From positions 500,561 through 564,560 of the forward strand of contig NW_003314374.1 in NCBI RefSeq assembly GCF_000143415.4: a stretch of DNA of 64,000 bases, read 5' to 3'. Position numbers and translations under genes: made by a program. Under the pieces are notes generated by a model, which saw only the letters and a program-made list of their open reading frames with translations, made no database searches and was not told where the DNA came from. Numbering within the stretch: position 1 is the first letter of the stretch; each line of letters opens with the position of its first letter. The DNA comes from Selaginella moellendorffii (lineage: Eukaryota; Plantae; Lycopodiophyta). Shown one piece after another: positions 39,348-49,805 of this stretch.

Positions 39348-39569
39348 ATGGGAAGCAAGGAAGACAAAAAATTTGTAAGTAGTTCTAGCATATAGAAATG
39401 TGAGAATGTTAATTTTGTTTCACTACCACAATCTCTATATTACATGCCTGGTTTTTATTACCCATCCGGGAATATAAAGACCACTGTCACTATTGATAAA
39501 AATGCTCCTATTACTTCCAAAATAACAGTCTAGAGCAAGAGAAAAGAAGAAATGAACAGCACAACATAA
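39348..39569 (+). pseudogene. Possible small two-exon cargo gene
   Basis: TTAGGGTTT just upstream, ATG...TTT|GTAAGT donor, then a reading frame with one TAG. Acceptor not clear. Confidence 0.25.
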
Positions 39570-40039
39570 AGCACTAATAAATCCACTCTATAAACCTTTC
39601 AATGACTTTTATAATCCACTAAACTATTATAAAAAAAAAGTAAGTTTTTTATATATATCTTATTCCTTTTGATATGTTTTGTCTTTGCAAAGAGTACAAG
39701 TATATATGATGTGGACAAATCAAGAGTTAAATCTATATATGATTTTGGGATTGAAAGGTAATCTTGCAAAAAGGCATACTCACGTGCTTGTGTGTATTCG
39801 CTATTATTATATATGGCCAACTATATAAAATAAGGCTACGTATTAATTATGTGCTAGTTTTTAGCTTCTGAAACCCTATAGCCACTGGTCTGTCATAATA
39901 GGTTGTAATTACTGAGACTGATAATTATCATTCAATATAGTGTCATATCATAATAAAACATCATTCCCAAGATTGAAATATAGTATATTAATTAGAGAAT
40001 TCTTATTGTTGGGAAGTTTAATTTTTCTTATATCTTGCA

Positions 40040-40593
40040 ATGGTTAGGAAGAAGTTTACTTTTGGTCCTGAAAGCCTTTCATATGAATCTTTACCTCCAT
40101 CTTCAATTTCAACCAATAATCCACCTTCACCTTTATGCAATAATCCTCATTTTCATTTTGAGGGTTATTGTGAGGCTCTTCCATTTGTGACCTCGAGTGC
40201 AACTAAACAAGAATTTGTTCCTTATGATATTGTTAAAAGAGTTAGATTGCCTCCATGCTCCAAGAGCAATGTTAATATTTTCTTCAAGATCTTGCTCCAG
40301 ATATGGCAAGAGATCTTAATGTAAATATATATTATCTTCAGTGTTCTATATGCAACTTTTATTTAAACAAGACAGATAGTTGCATGGGTTTGGTAAATTT
40401 TATTGAGCATTGTCGTAAATGCTCAAGAGCGGGTTTGGAAGGTGTGCACACGTGGATGTATAAGAAAATCAAGAAAGAATTAAAAACACACAGCTATTAT
40501 GATTTCATGGTGAAGAACAATATTCCATTGGTGAACACTGCATCAGTAAGGGCTGAATATGGGATATTTAGGCCACCTTTTAATATAATGTGA
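40040..40593 (+). pseudogene. Cargo zinc-finger gene 1 (zf-XS-like), one frameshift
   Basis: CSIC...GLVNFIEHC...H...KKELKTHSYY. Confidence 0.6.
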
Positions 40594-40836
40594 AAGTCAT
40601 GCATAGTTTTTTGAAAAGTTTAATAAAGTGGAGAATCTTATATTTTCGAGAATGATAGTATTCTAGCATAAAGATATTATTATATATACAAGTGGTTTTG
40701 GTACTATTATAATTCTAAAGTCCCATTTTTGAGATTGACAATCTAAACTTTCAAGAACCCCTAGATCTTTTCTTAGTATAAATACTGATAAGGGATGCTT
40801 TCAACATTGGAATTTCAATTTGTTTACAGTGTAGGA

Positions 40837-41385
40837 ATGGCTAGGGAAAATGTTATTGCTACTCGCACTTGGCCCCCATGCATTTCATATGAGTTTCCAC
40901 CTCCATCTCCAACTTTTACCAACATTCCACCCTTCCCTCCACATAACAATCTTTGTGAGGCTTTTTCTTTTGTAGCCCCAAGTGTGACTAAACAAGAGAT
41001 CCCTTTTTCAGATAATGTTCTAGATGTTGTTACTAAAGATGAATTGTTTCATGTGCTTCAAGAATGATGCCAAATGTTTCTTCAAGATCTTGCTCCAGAT
41101 ATGGTTGAAACTTTTGAAAGAATGAACACATATTATCTCTAGTATCCCATCTACTACTTTTATTTAGATAAAACGGAAGGCAATATGGGTCTAGAAACTT
41201 TTTTAGAACACTGTCACAACTGCCCAAGAACTAGTGTGGAAGGTGTGCATAAATGGATGTATAAGAAAATCAAGAAAGAATTAAGAACACACAACCATTA
41301 TCATTTCATGGTGAGGAATAATATTCTGTTAGTAAATACTACATCTATAAGTGCTGAATATGGTATTTTTAAGCCATTCTACTGA
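40837..41385 (+). pseudogene. Cargo zinc-finger gene 2, tandem paralog of gene 1
   Basis: Shares CEA...TKQE, FFKILLQIW, GL..F.EHC, EGVH.WMYKKIKKEL.TH and AEYGIF.PF with 40040-40593. Confidence 0.65.
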
Positions 41386-43629
41386 AAGTTCTAGCTACTA
41401 ATAAATCTTACACTATAATATTATCCATCCCCCCCCCCTCTCTCACCTTTTTTTTATTAACAAAATTGTATTATCTATAGATAATAAACTCATAATACTA
41501 GTAATTATTAAATTTGACAGATTAACACTGTAACTCTGTCATCTCTGACACTGACACTGTCATTGTCACTATCTGCTGCACTGACACTATCACTGTCACA
41601 ATCATTATCACATTAACATGTGACATATCTTTCTCATTGCAAGTGGATGCATTCAATTGTCTTTTAATGTATTATTAATAAATAGATTTTTCATACCACT
41701 CCTCAATTTACACATTGTATATGATGTGCCATATATACCTAGAAAGACTTCTAGAAAACTAAATATATATTGTATATAAGTTTTTAAAACATTATAAATC
41801 ACTTCCTAGAAGCAATTGATAGAGAAGGACGAAAACCTCTAAGACGGCGTTTGAAGAACTTATATTCTTCAATCACAAACACCGATTTACTAAAGTCACG
41901 TGCTACCTTGACCATCGAACCACTACCTACTATGCAATCAATGACAACACCCCTAGTTGGGCAATAAAGCTCAAGTAGGACATGCATCACCAATGGAGAT
42001 TAGAACCGATACCCAGACAATGTGTTGTGGATATCGTTGTCTACGAGATTTAGTATGATGTTAGTAAAGCTATCATACCTTGGCAAAACCCTTGCAATGT
42101 GCTTGCTATCATGAAACCGTCATTTTCTCTTTTGCAGAACACATGGTAGGTCCACATCATAACCTGAATAATAAAACTTTAGAGATAACCGAAACAGAAG
42201 ATGATTTCTTAACTTCTCTAGCATGCCTAGGATGCCTTTGGTCTTGACCCCAACACTATCCATGATGCGCCCGAAAGAGAACCTCTTGAAGTTGACTCGA
42301 GTTGCATACCTCATAAGGCAGGACATCCAAAGGGGTCATTCGCGAGAATGAAAGCAACTTTACCAGTTGTGTGAAGGAGAATTGCTACCAAAAGGAATGC
42401 ATCCTTCAAGTGGTCTTTAGTTAGGATTTTCTAGCTTGGGACATCACCATTAGCATCTGAAAGACCATCTGGCATGTCAAAGAGCATAAAGTTTGTGCTC
42501 TTGAGTGCTCACTTATGGATCTTTTGACAAAAGTCCTCCCACTTTTTCCGGATAGCTATATTCTTAGCATCCTCCTCAAAAGATGCCATCAATGAATTGT
42601 AGGAGCCAATAAAGATCCCAACTTCACCATGGAATGCTACTGGAGAAACATGGTGAATCTAGGGGGAGAATACAAAGATAAAATGGAACTTACTTGGAAG
42701 AACATACTTTACTTCATACGGCTGTCATAAAAGCTATTGGATTCTTATACTATCTATTGGCATCTTGACAACCTCGTTGATGCCGAATAAGTGATGCTAA
42801 ATCATCACCATAGTGGCTACGAACTGCATTCTCGTTGAGATTGGCAAGAAACCAGATCTGCTCAATATCATGTACTAGGCTTTGTTTCTACACTGCAAAC
42901 TATCCCAACCTACAAAACACAAATTGTTAAATTGATTGAAGGAGAGGTACTCACGTATTAATTTTGTGGCAAGCTATCACAAGCCTTGCCATATCTAGAG
43001 ATCCTCTCACGTGTACATGTCCAACCGAAACATTGATGTGATAGACAGGATCGTCTCGGAAGCATTCATTGATGCACTTCATCCACGCACACCAACAATG
43101 ATTCCCGTTGATAATGTAGAACATTTTCCCCACAAATTGTTGAGTCTCAAGATGGCTTATAAGCATGATGTCAAATTCGCGGGACTTCATTTTCCAAATG
43201 TCATCCCAATCCCTCTCAATTTCTAGTGACATTGAAAAGGTATTTGTTGTTCCTGGCTTGAAGACCAAAACAAAGAACATACCTATGTTTGTCCTAAGGC
43301 CATTCTGTTTGTATAGACTATAGATGTCCATGTTAACGAAGTGAGGTGAAGCAAACCGAACAATGTTTGTCTGAGTGAATCGACATAAGGGGATTTCTCA
43401 AATCATGTCTCTTGGGCCTTCCCACTTGAGAGATCCAGAGTCGTGCGAATGGCCTTCTCTTTGGTTCTCAAAAATGTCTCTTGGAAGCGCTTGTTTACAA
43501 TGTGTTCAAGGAGCTTCACTTCTCTTTCAACTTCAACAACACCTCTAGTAGCACCATTATCAAATCTATCCCCCAACTCGGGCCCAACACCTCTTTCAGG
43601 CGCACTTGGGCATTGCTCCGTAATGTAGC

Positions 43630-43870
43630 AAGTTTTTGCCATATTTTGCGAATATGTTAAGAGTAGTGGCATTTGTGGTTGTGGCAGCAATGGTAGTGAT
43701 GATAATGATTGCAATGGCACTGGTGGTGGTGATGATGGTGGCGGTGGTGGTGGTAATAGCGATGATGGCGGCGGTGGTGGTAATGGTGGTGATGACGGTA
43801 GAGGTGGCAATGGTGGTGAAGATGGTGGCAGTGGTAATGGTGGTGGTGGCATTGATGGCGGTGGTGGGGG
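43630..43870. repeat. GGT/GGC/GAT trinucleotide low-complexity tract (poly-Pro on the minus strand)
   Basis: Directly visible; in frame with the methyltransferase-like gene. Confidence 0.85.
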
Positions 43871-44084
43871 TGCATATGGACTAGAGCTATTTGGTTGCGA
43901 AGACAGTAGAGTTGTCACTGTAGAAATCTATATCTAAATTTCAAATTGATTGTCATCTTGGATCTTATCTTCCTCATGTTTTGTTCTCTTTGATGCAACA
44001 TCCTTCTCCTTTTGTAGTTTCCGTTTAAAAAAAAAAAAAAAAATCATTATAAAATAAAACATGCATAAGAAGAGTAGGGACATA

Positions 44085-44825
44085 AGTGGCCGGTCTGTGC
44101 CAAGTGCCCGAGCTGGCCTACACGGAGTGCCCAGGCCGGGCACTTGGCGCGGGGGCTTGGTGCGGGCTCTGGTTTGCCGGCGTACCGGCCCACCCTCAAG
44201 CGTCGTGGCCGGCCTGTGCGAAGTGCCTGGCCCGGACACTTGGCGCAGGGGCTTGGCATGAGCGCCGGTTCGCCGGCGTACCAGATAACCCCCGAGCGCC
44301 GTGGGTGGCATGTGCCAAGTGCTTGGCCCAGGCACTTGGCGGGGGGAGATGGCATCGTTGCCGGTTCGCTGGTGTACCGGCCCGTGCCCAGCCTGGGCAC
44401 TTGGCACGGGGGATTTGGCACAGGCGCCAGTTCGCCGGCATACCGGATAGCCTCTGAGCTCCATGGCCGGCCTGTGCGGAGTGCCCGGCCTGGGCACTTG
44501 GCGGGGGGGCATAGCGTGGGTGCCAGTTCACCGGCGTACTGGCATGCCCCTGAGAGCCTTGGTTGGCCCGGGCACCTGGCAGCAGTGGCGCTGGGCACGG
44601 CAGCGGTAGTGCTGGGCATGGCAGCGGTGGCGCTGGGTGTGGTGGCACTAGGCGTGGTGTGGGAGTGGCGGTGCTTGGCGAGGCGTGGGCACGGTGGCTT
44701 TGGGCAGCGGCGGCACTGGGCATGGCGGCACTGGGCATGACAGCGCTGGGTCAGGCGTGGGCATGGCGGCACTGGGCAGCGGCGGTGCTGGGCGTGGCGG
44801 CGCTGGGCGTGGTGTGGGAGTGGAG
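44085..44825. repeat. CpG-rich island: ~96-bp tandem repeats followed by 15-bp repeats
   Basis: CACTTGGC at 44141, 44237, 44333, 44398, 44495 and a variant at 44573; GGCGGCACTGGGCAT-type units at 44580-44825. Confidence 0.9.
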
Positions 44826-45715
44826 GAGATAAAACTTACTCTTGGTGGCATTCTATTCAACGCCGATGGATCTTATAGTCACTCCCAATCTCCCGCTCTA
44901 CTTTCTGTAAAACTCTAATGCTAGCAGCTGCCCTAACCCTAACCTAACTTTCATCATAGCCGTTCATCATGGATGCAGTAAATCTTTATTACATTCTGCA
45001 AATATGTGCTAGCAATGTACAATTTCTATTCCATCCTAGATTTGATCACATGACAAAGTCCTTTTGAGTTGTAATTTAATAATCGAGGCATGCTTTAATA
45101 CGACTATGCCATAATGTGGAAATAATGTCATAGACGCATGCATTGAATTGATCATAGTACGAAATTATAAATGAGAATTATGTGTTTCTTGCAAGTCATA
45201 GAATCTTGTCAGAAATTATAAGATTATTAAATCGTAAGGTGTTATTTCCAAAGCAATGTATATATATAATTTGCTATAGGTGATAGATGGTAGTACAAAG
45301 ATGGAATATATTTAAATGAGTTCAGAAGAATATGATGATTTCTGGCTTTAATGAAGTATCAAAAATATGTACAATATTTAATTTGTTTAGCAACAATTGG
45401 TTGATGTTAGATCCTAGAATAAAATCATTCCTATCTTTCATATTATGGCACATATTTGAAGTGATATTTCTTTTCGTTCTACCAATAGTTTGTCCATATA
45501 ATAACTTTGAGGATGTTTTTGAATTCAATGTATACAGACTTTTAATATTGTACAACATAGTCCTTTATACTTTATACAGAATTTATTATAACAACATTAT
45601 TTGATGTTAGATCCTAGAATAAATTCACCCTTTCTTTTCATATAATGGCATAGCACATGTTTGAAGTGACATTTCTTTATAAAAGTTCAAAGTTCCAAAA
45701 CCTAAAGGCAATAAA

Positions 45716-47334
45716 ATGAAGAGTTCCTTTTGCATTACCAAGATCACCCACCGCTTTTTTTCTCCCAAAGTCTTATTTTAGAAAGTTTTCTTTGCCAACA
45801 TTTTGATCTTTCTCTTAGTTCTATTTCATTGGAAGTTATGATTCACAACAATATTGGTGTTGTTGAACGATCAGAATTTCTTCTTTCGGGTATAGGTGAA
45901 GGTGGACCACATTGGGATTTGCAACATTCTAAATCGAAGAAGATTCAAGTTTTTGGATCTCCAATCAAAGTGCGAGGTTGCAATCCTACCAAAGTGAATG
46001 TGAAGCAAGAGTCGATCGTCATCATTTCTTCCTCTTCTAGTTCTAGTGCAGTGTGAGCCAAGAATTTCCAAACTCCAACTTCACCGATATTCAAAGATGT
46101 TTGCAATGTTTTCCAGTTTTCCTGCCTCTCTATCGACGTGCATTCCTTTCTACATAGGCCCATTAGCAAGCTCCCATCTACATACAATGGCAATATCTTC
46201 TTTGAACTACCACCCTTGTCAACTCAAAAGGAAAGGGGATGGAGACCAAGCAAGACGTCTACAATTAGTGCAAGATCAAGACCACACATTTCCAGCATTT
46301 CGAAGGCACAGTGTCCATGGTTCATTGTGGTAGGTATTTAGATTGTGTGAATAAAACATGCAATTGAGAGTGTGGTGAAAACTCCATATTTTTTTAAGGA
46401 TCTGCAACCAATTCTCCCATTTGTAACACCATTGGTGTTTGATTCAAGTTTCAGTTTTGCAAGAATGCTCCATTGTGTCGTGCCATCTGCGGGGCTAAGA
46501 TGTACTATTTTCTTGCATGGGATGGAGAGGCTAGTAGAGCTACAGTACATATTGGCACACACACACACATCCAATGCAGGAAGGGATACAAAGGAGTTCA
46601 ATCAATTGTTTCAAAGATGTAGTGTAAATAGAGACTATGAGAAACTCATATACAACTCCGAAGCATGTTCAAAAGATAGTGCTCAAGGATTTTATTGCAA
46701 GCACTTTACTTGATCCAGACTGCAAGAATACTCAACTGGATGAGGCTAGCTTGCGGGAGTATACGACTGTCCGGCTAGTATCACAAATCCCCAAAGTCAC
46801 TTCTTNNNNNNNNNNNNNNNNNNNNNNNNNNNNNNNNNNNNNNNNNNNNNNNNNNNNNNNNNNNNNNNNNNNNNNNNNNNNNNNNNNNNNNNNNNNNNNN
46901 NNNNNNNNNNNNNNNNNNNNNNNNNNNNNNNNNNNNNNNNNNNNNNNNNNNNNNNNNNNNNNNNNNNNNNNNNNNNNNNNNNNNNNNNNNNNNNNNNNNN
47001 NNNNNNNNNNNNNNNNNNNNNNNNNNNNNNNNNNNNNNNNNNNNNNNNNNNNNNNNNNNNNNNNNNNNNNNNNNNNNNNNNNNNNNNNNNNNNNNNNNNN
47101 NNNNNNNNNNNNNNNNNNNNNNNNNNNNNNNNNNNNNNNNNNNNNNNNNNNNNNNNNNNNNNNNNNNNNNNNNNNNNNNNNNNNNNNNNNNNNNNNNNNN
47201 NNNNNNNNNNNNNNNNNNNNNNNNNNNNNNNNNNNNNNNNNNNNNNNNNNNNNNNNNNNNNNNNNNNNNNNNNNNNNNNNNNNNNNNNNNNNNNNNNNNN
47301 NNNNNNNNNNNNNNNNNNNNNNNNNNNNNNNNNN

Positions 47335-47397
<63 letters not shown>

Positions 47398-49554
47398 AGG
47401 ATAAAGTCTTGGATATGTGAATCTTGAGAGGGGAAACTTCAATAAAAAATCAACTCAATCCTTGAACTAAAACAGACTTGTCCCTACGAATTTATCCATG
47501 GGAGTTTATTTCTAGATCAAGTCATTAGTGAGCAAGAGCACTTGTTCGTCTTCAAAATGTCTACCATGGGCCCCCACCTCTGGTGTGGATTTTATTTCCC
47601 TAATGGATATGTCTGGGTCAAGTGACCTTGTTAATGCATGGGTATATTTTGACCATATGGAGTGGGTGGCAGGTTGGACAACCATGGGAGCTTATGTGTA
47701 TGATCTGAGATAGTTTTTTTTCTCATTATCTTAAAATGGTTTTAAGCATTGCCCTTTTCATAGGCTATATTGTAACATGACAATTGCAACAGCAGAGTTT
47801 AAAATACAAAACCAAATGGCTCAAGAAATCTTTTGGAAGTCCCTCTCCAACATTGTATTGAAGTGGACTGGTAAGCCTACCAACTTTCACAATTTCATAG
47901 CAGATGGGGTTAAGGCTAATTGGAATGGTGTTCGGGTAGTCTTTGGGAATGGTTAACCCCTAGAAGGTTGTGAGAGGACTTGTGAGATCCATTGGGCTCA
48001 AACCCTAAACCAACATTGCCACCTTATCAAGCCAGATTTCCAATTAGCATTTAAGAAGTTGTGTAAACAATGGCAGACTGCACCTTCTAAAGAAGAGCAT
48101 GAGGCAAAAGCAAACAAAATCTGAATGTGGTGGCGTGAAGATGGCCATATTGACGTAAGTTGTCTACCACAACTTGAGTCATGGTTGGGAAGTTAAGATG
48201 TTCCAATGAGGACATCACTCTTTTCAGGTTGGTTTTTCTTTTTTTCCTCTCTTTTTATTGCTTTTTAATATCATCTTTTATAAGGATCAACCACTTGAGG
48301 ATCTTGCATACACCCCAACTGTGAATCTCTCAGAGAGTAAGCATTGGATCTAGTGTTCCTCTGAGGCAGGGAAAGGGAAAATGAGTCTATATGAAGCATT
48401 TCTATTAGATTTGATATGCACTATAGAGCAGTCTTCAAAAGCCTTGGCATTTGAGGAAGGAAGATACATGGGAATAGGACCTTCGGTTGAAATGTTACAT
48501 GATCAAATGAAGAAGAAAGTGACTCCACCAGCACAAACAGTGGCAACTGCAGTGGAGGAAGTGGTCCATGGCACATCTATAGAGTTCTCTCCCCGGGCTT
48601 CTATTGGTGACATGAAGACTGTCCACTCAAAGTGTCGCTTTTCCTTTGTTGGTGAAGATGTTGGCACGAATCTTGGAGTAAAAAGCTCTCACAGGCCTGA
48701 TGTTGAGTACCATTCTGCTCCAAGACATTGCCCCCAAACTGAGCCACCTCAAGTGGCTGATGAAAAAAGTGCATCACAACAGTTGAAATTGTTTATCGTA
48801 GCGTGGAGCCAAAGTAATAGGCAATCCATCAAGTGCCAATAAAATCAAATGTAAGGTGTGTGGGGATGCTTTCAAGGGGCAAGTGTTGGGCTTGGATCCA
48901 TGGTGACAAGTCTGCTTCTGTTCCAGCCCATGGTTTCCATGGGGAATGAAAGCAAGCAGGATTTTCAAGATGGTGTTGGCTATATTGCTGCAACACTGAT
49001 GTCAACCATACAAAGCGGCTTGAAGACACTATAGTGACTAAACCTTATGCAATACCTAAAGAATGGCTGGTTGCAATTATGCAATCCCGGATGAGATTGA
49101 AAACCTTGAGAAATTTGGTTTCAATCTTGAAATGAGAGTTAAAGACACGAGTGATAAAACCAGGATTGTTCCTGCGGAGATGCACAGGAGGCTAGCAAAA
49201 AAAGGAAAGGCAATTAAATTTATTGGCATCATCTCTAAACAGAAGCAAGGTAAAATAAACTTAGCTCAAACATTTGACTGTGAAATTCTCTCCACGAAGT
49301 ACATCACTATGCTTGCAAAAGAGTACATAGTCAAAACAAAAGGTGGAGAGTACACAATTGCCATTCAAGACTTTCCTTTTTACACATATCTAGACTTTAT
49401 GAAGTGCGAGGAACATGGGAAGGCATATGTTCCTTGCAAGCATATATACTACATCTTCATCAATATCTTGCATTAGGATCCTAAAGTGGATATTCATATA
49501 CACCAAGTAAACTTTACTATTGCCAAGTTGTAGAAAATTTTTAGAGCTAATTAG
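45716..49554 (+). pseudogene. Mutator-like transposase of copy 1, decayed (contains assembly gap 46805-47334)
   Basis: Colinear with 60484-63822 (reverse complement); many stops and frameshifts. Confidence 0.9.
47335..47394. repeat. (TA)n microsatellite abutting an assembly gap
   Basis: About 30 AT units directly visible. Confidence 0.95.
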
Positions 49555-49654
49555 ATTTTCCAACACTATTGATGTTTATTCTCTATCAATAATATAAACT
49601 TATTATACCTTATATAATTAATAAAAATATTTTATTATTTCACTTTTCATTTCA

Positions 49655-49805
49655 TATTCTTGCGAGTGTTCTTTTTTGCAATACTACCCATAGTATTTGT
49701 GAGTCTCTATTTTTGTCTTTACCATCTCAAAAAATATTTCATGGTAGTCTTTTGAGTGCGTGATGTTGCAATGTGTTGCGAGAGTATATGTACCATTATA
49801 GTTGT
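49655..49805 (-). pseudogene. 3' remnant of cargo zinc-finger gene 3 in copy 1
   Basis: Reverse complement matches 60238-60392; about 450 bp present in copy 2 (about 59787-60236) is missing here. Confidence 0.8.

Larger units (their letters stand above)
41799..44851 (-). pseudogene. ParB/Srx-like domain + beta-class N6/N4 DNA methyltransferase-like gene (multi-exon, decayed)
   Basis: Basic N-terminus, then a poly-Pro linker. IPLCRF...GKMFYIINGNHC (like DGNHR, 43098-43109). FMLFDMPDGL (motif IV position, 42467-42478). SPLVMHVLLELYCPTRGVVIDCIVGSGSMVKVARDFSKSVFVIE (motifs X-I-II). The 5' exon assignment is tentative. Confidence 0.72.

Noticed and set aside
43636-43884. Poly-His and Val/Met-rich ORFs
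   Set aside because: Alternative frames of the poly-Pro tract.
44085-44580. CRISPR-like array
   Set aside because: Whole units are similar with no unique spacers, there are no cas genes, and the context is eukaryotic.
44047-44918. Many overlapping long ORFs in the GC-rich island
   Set aside because: Artefact of stop-poor GC repeats; the peptides are low-complexity in all frames.
46637-47442. Long ORFs spanning N runs
   Set aside because: Assembly gaps and a TA microsatellite.
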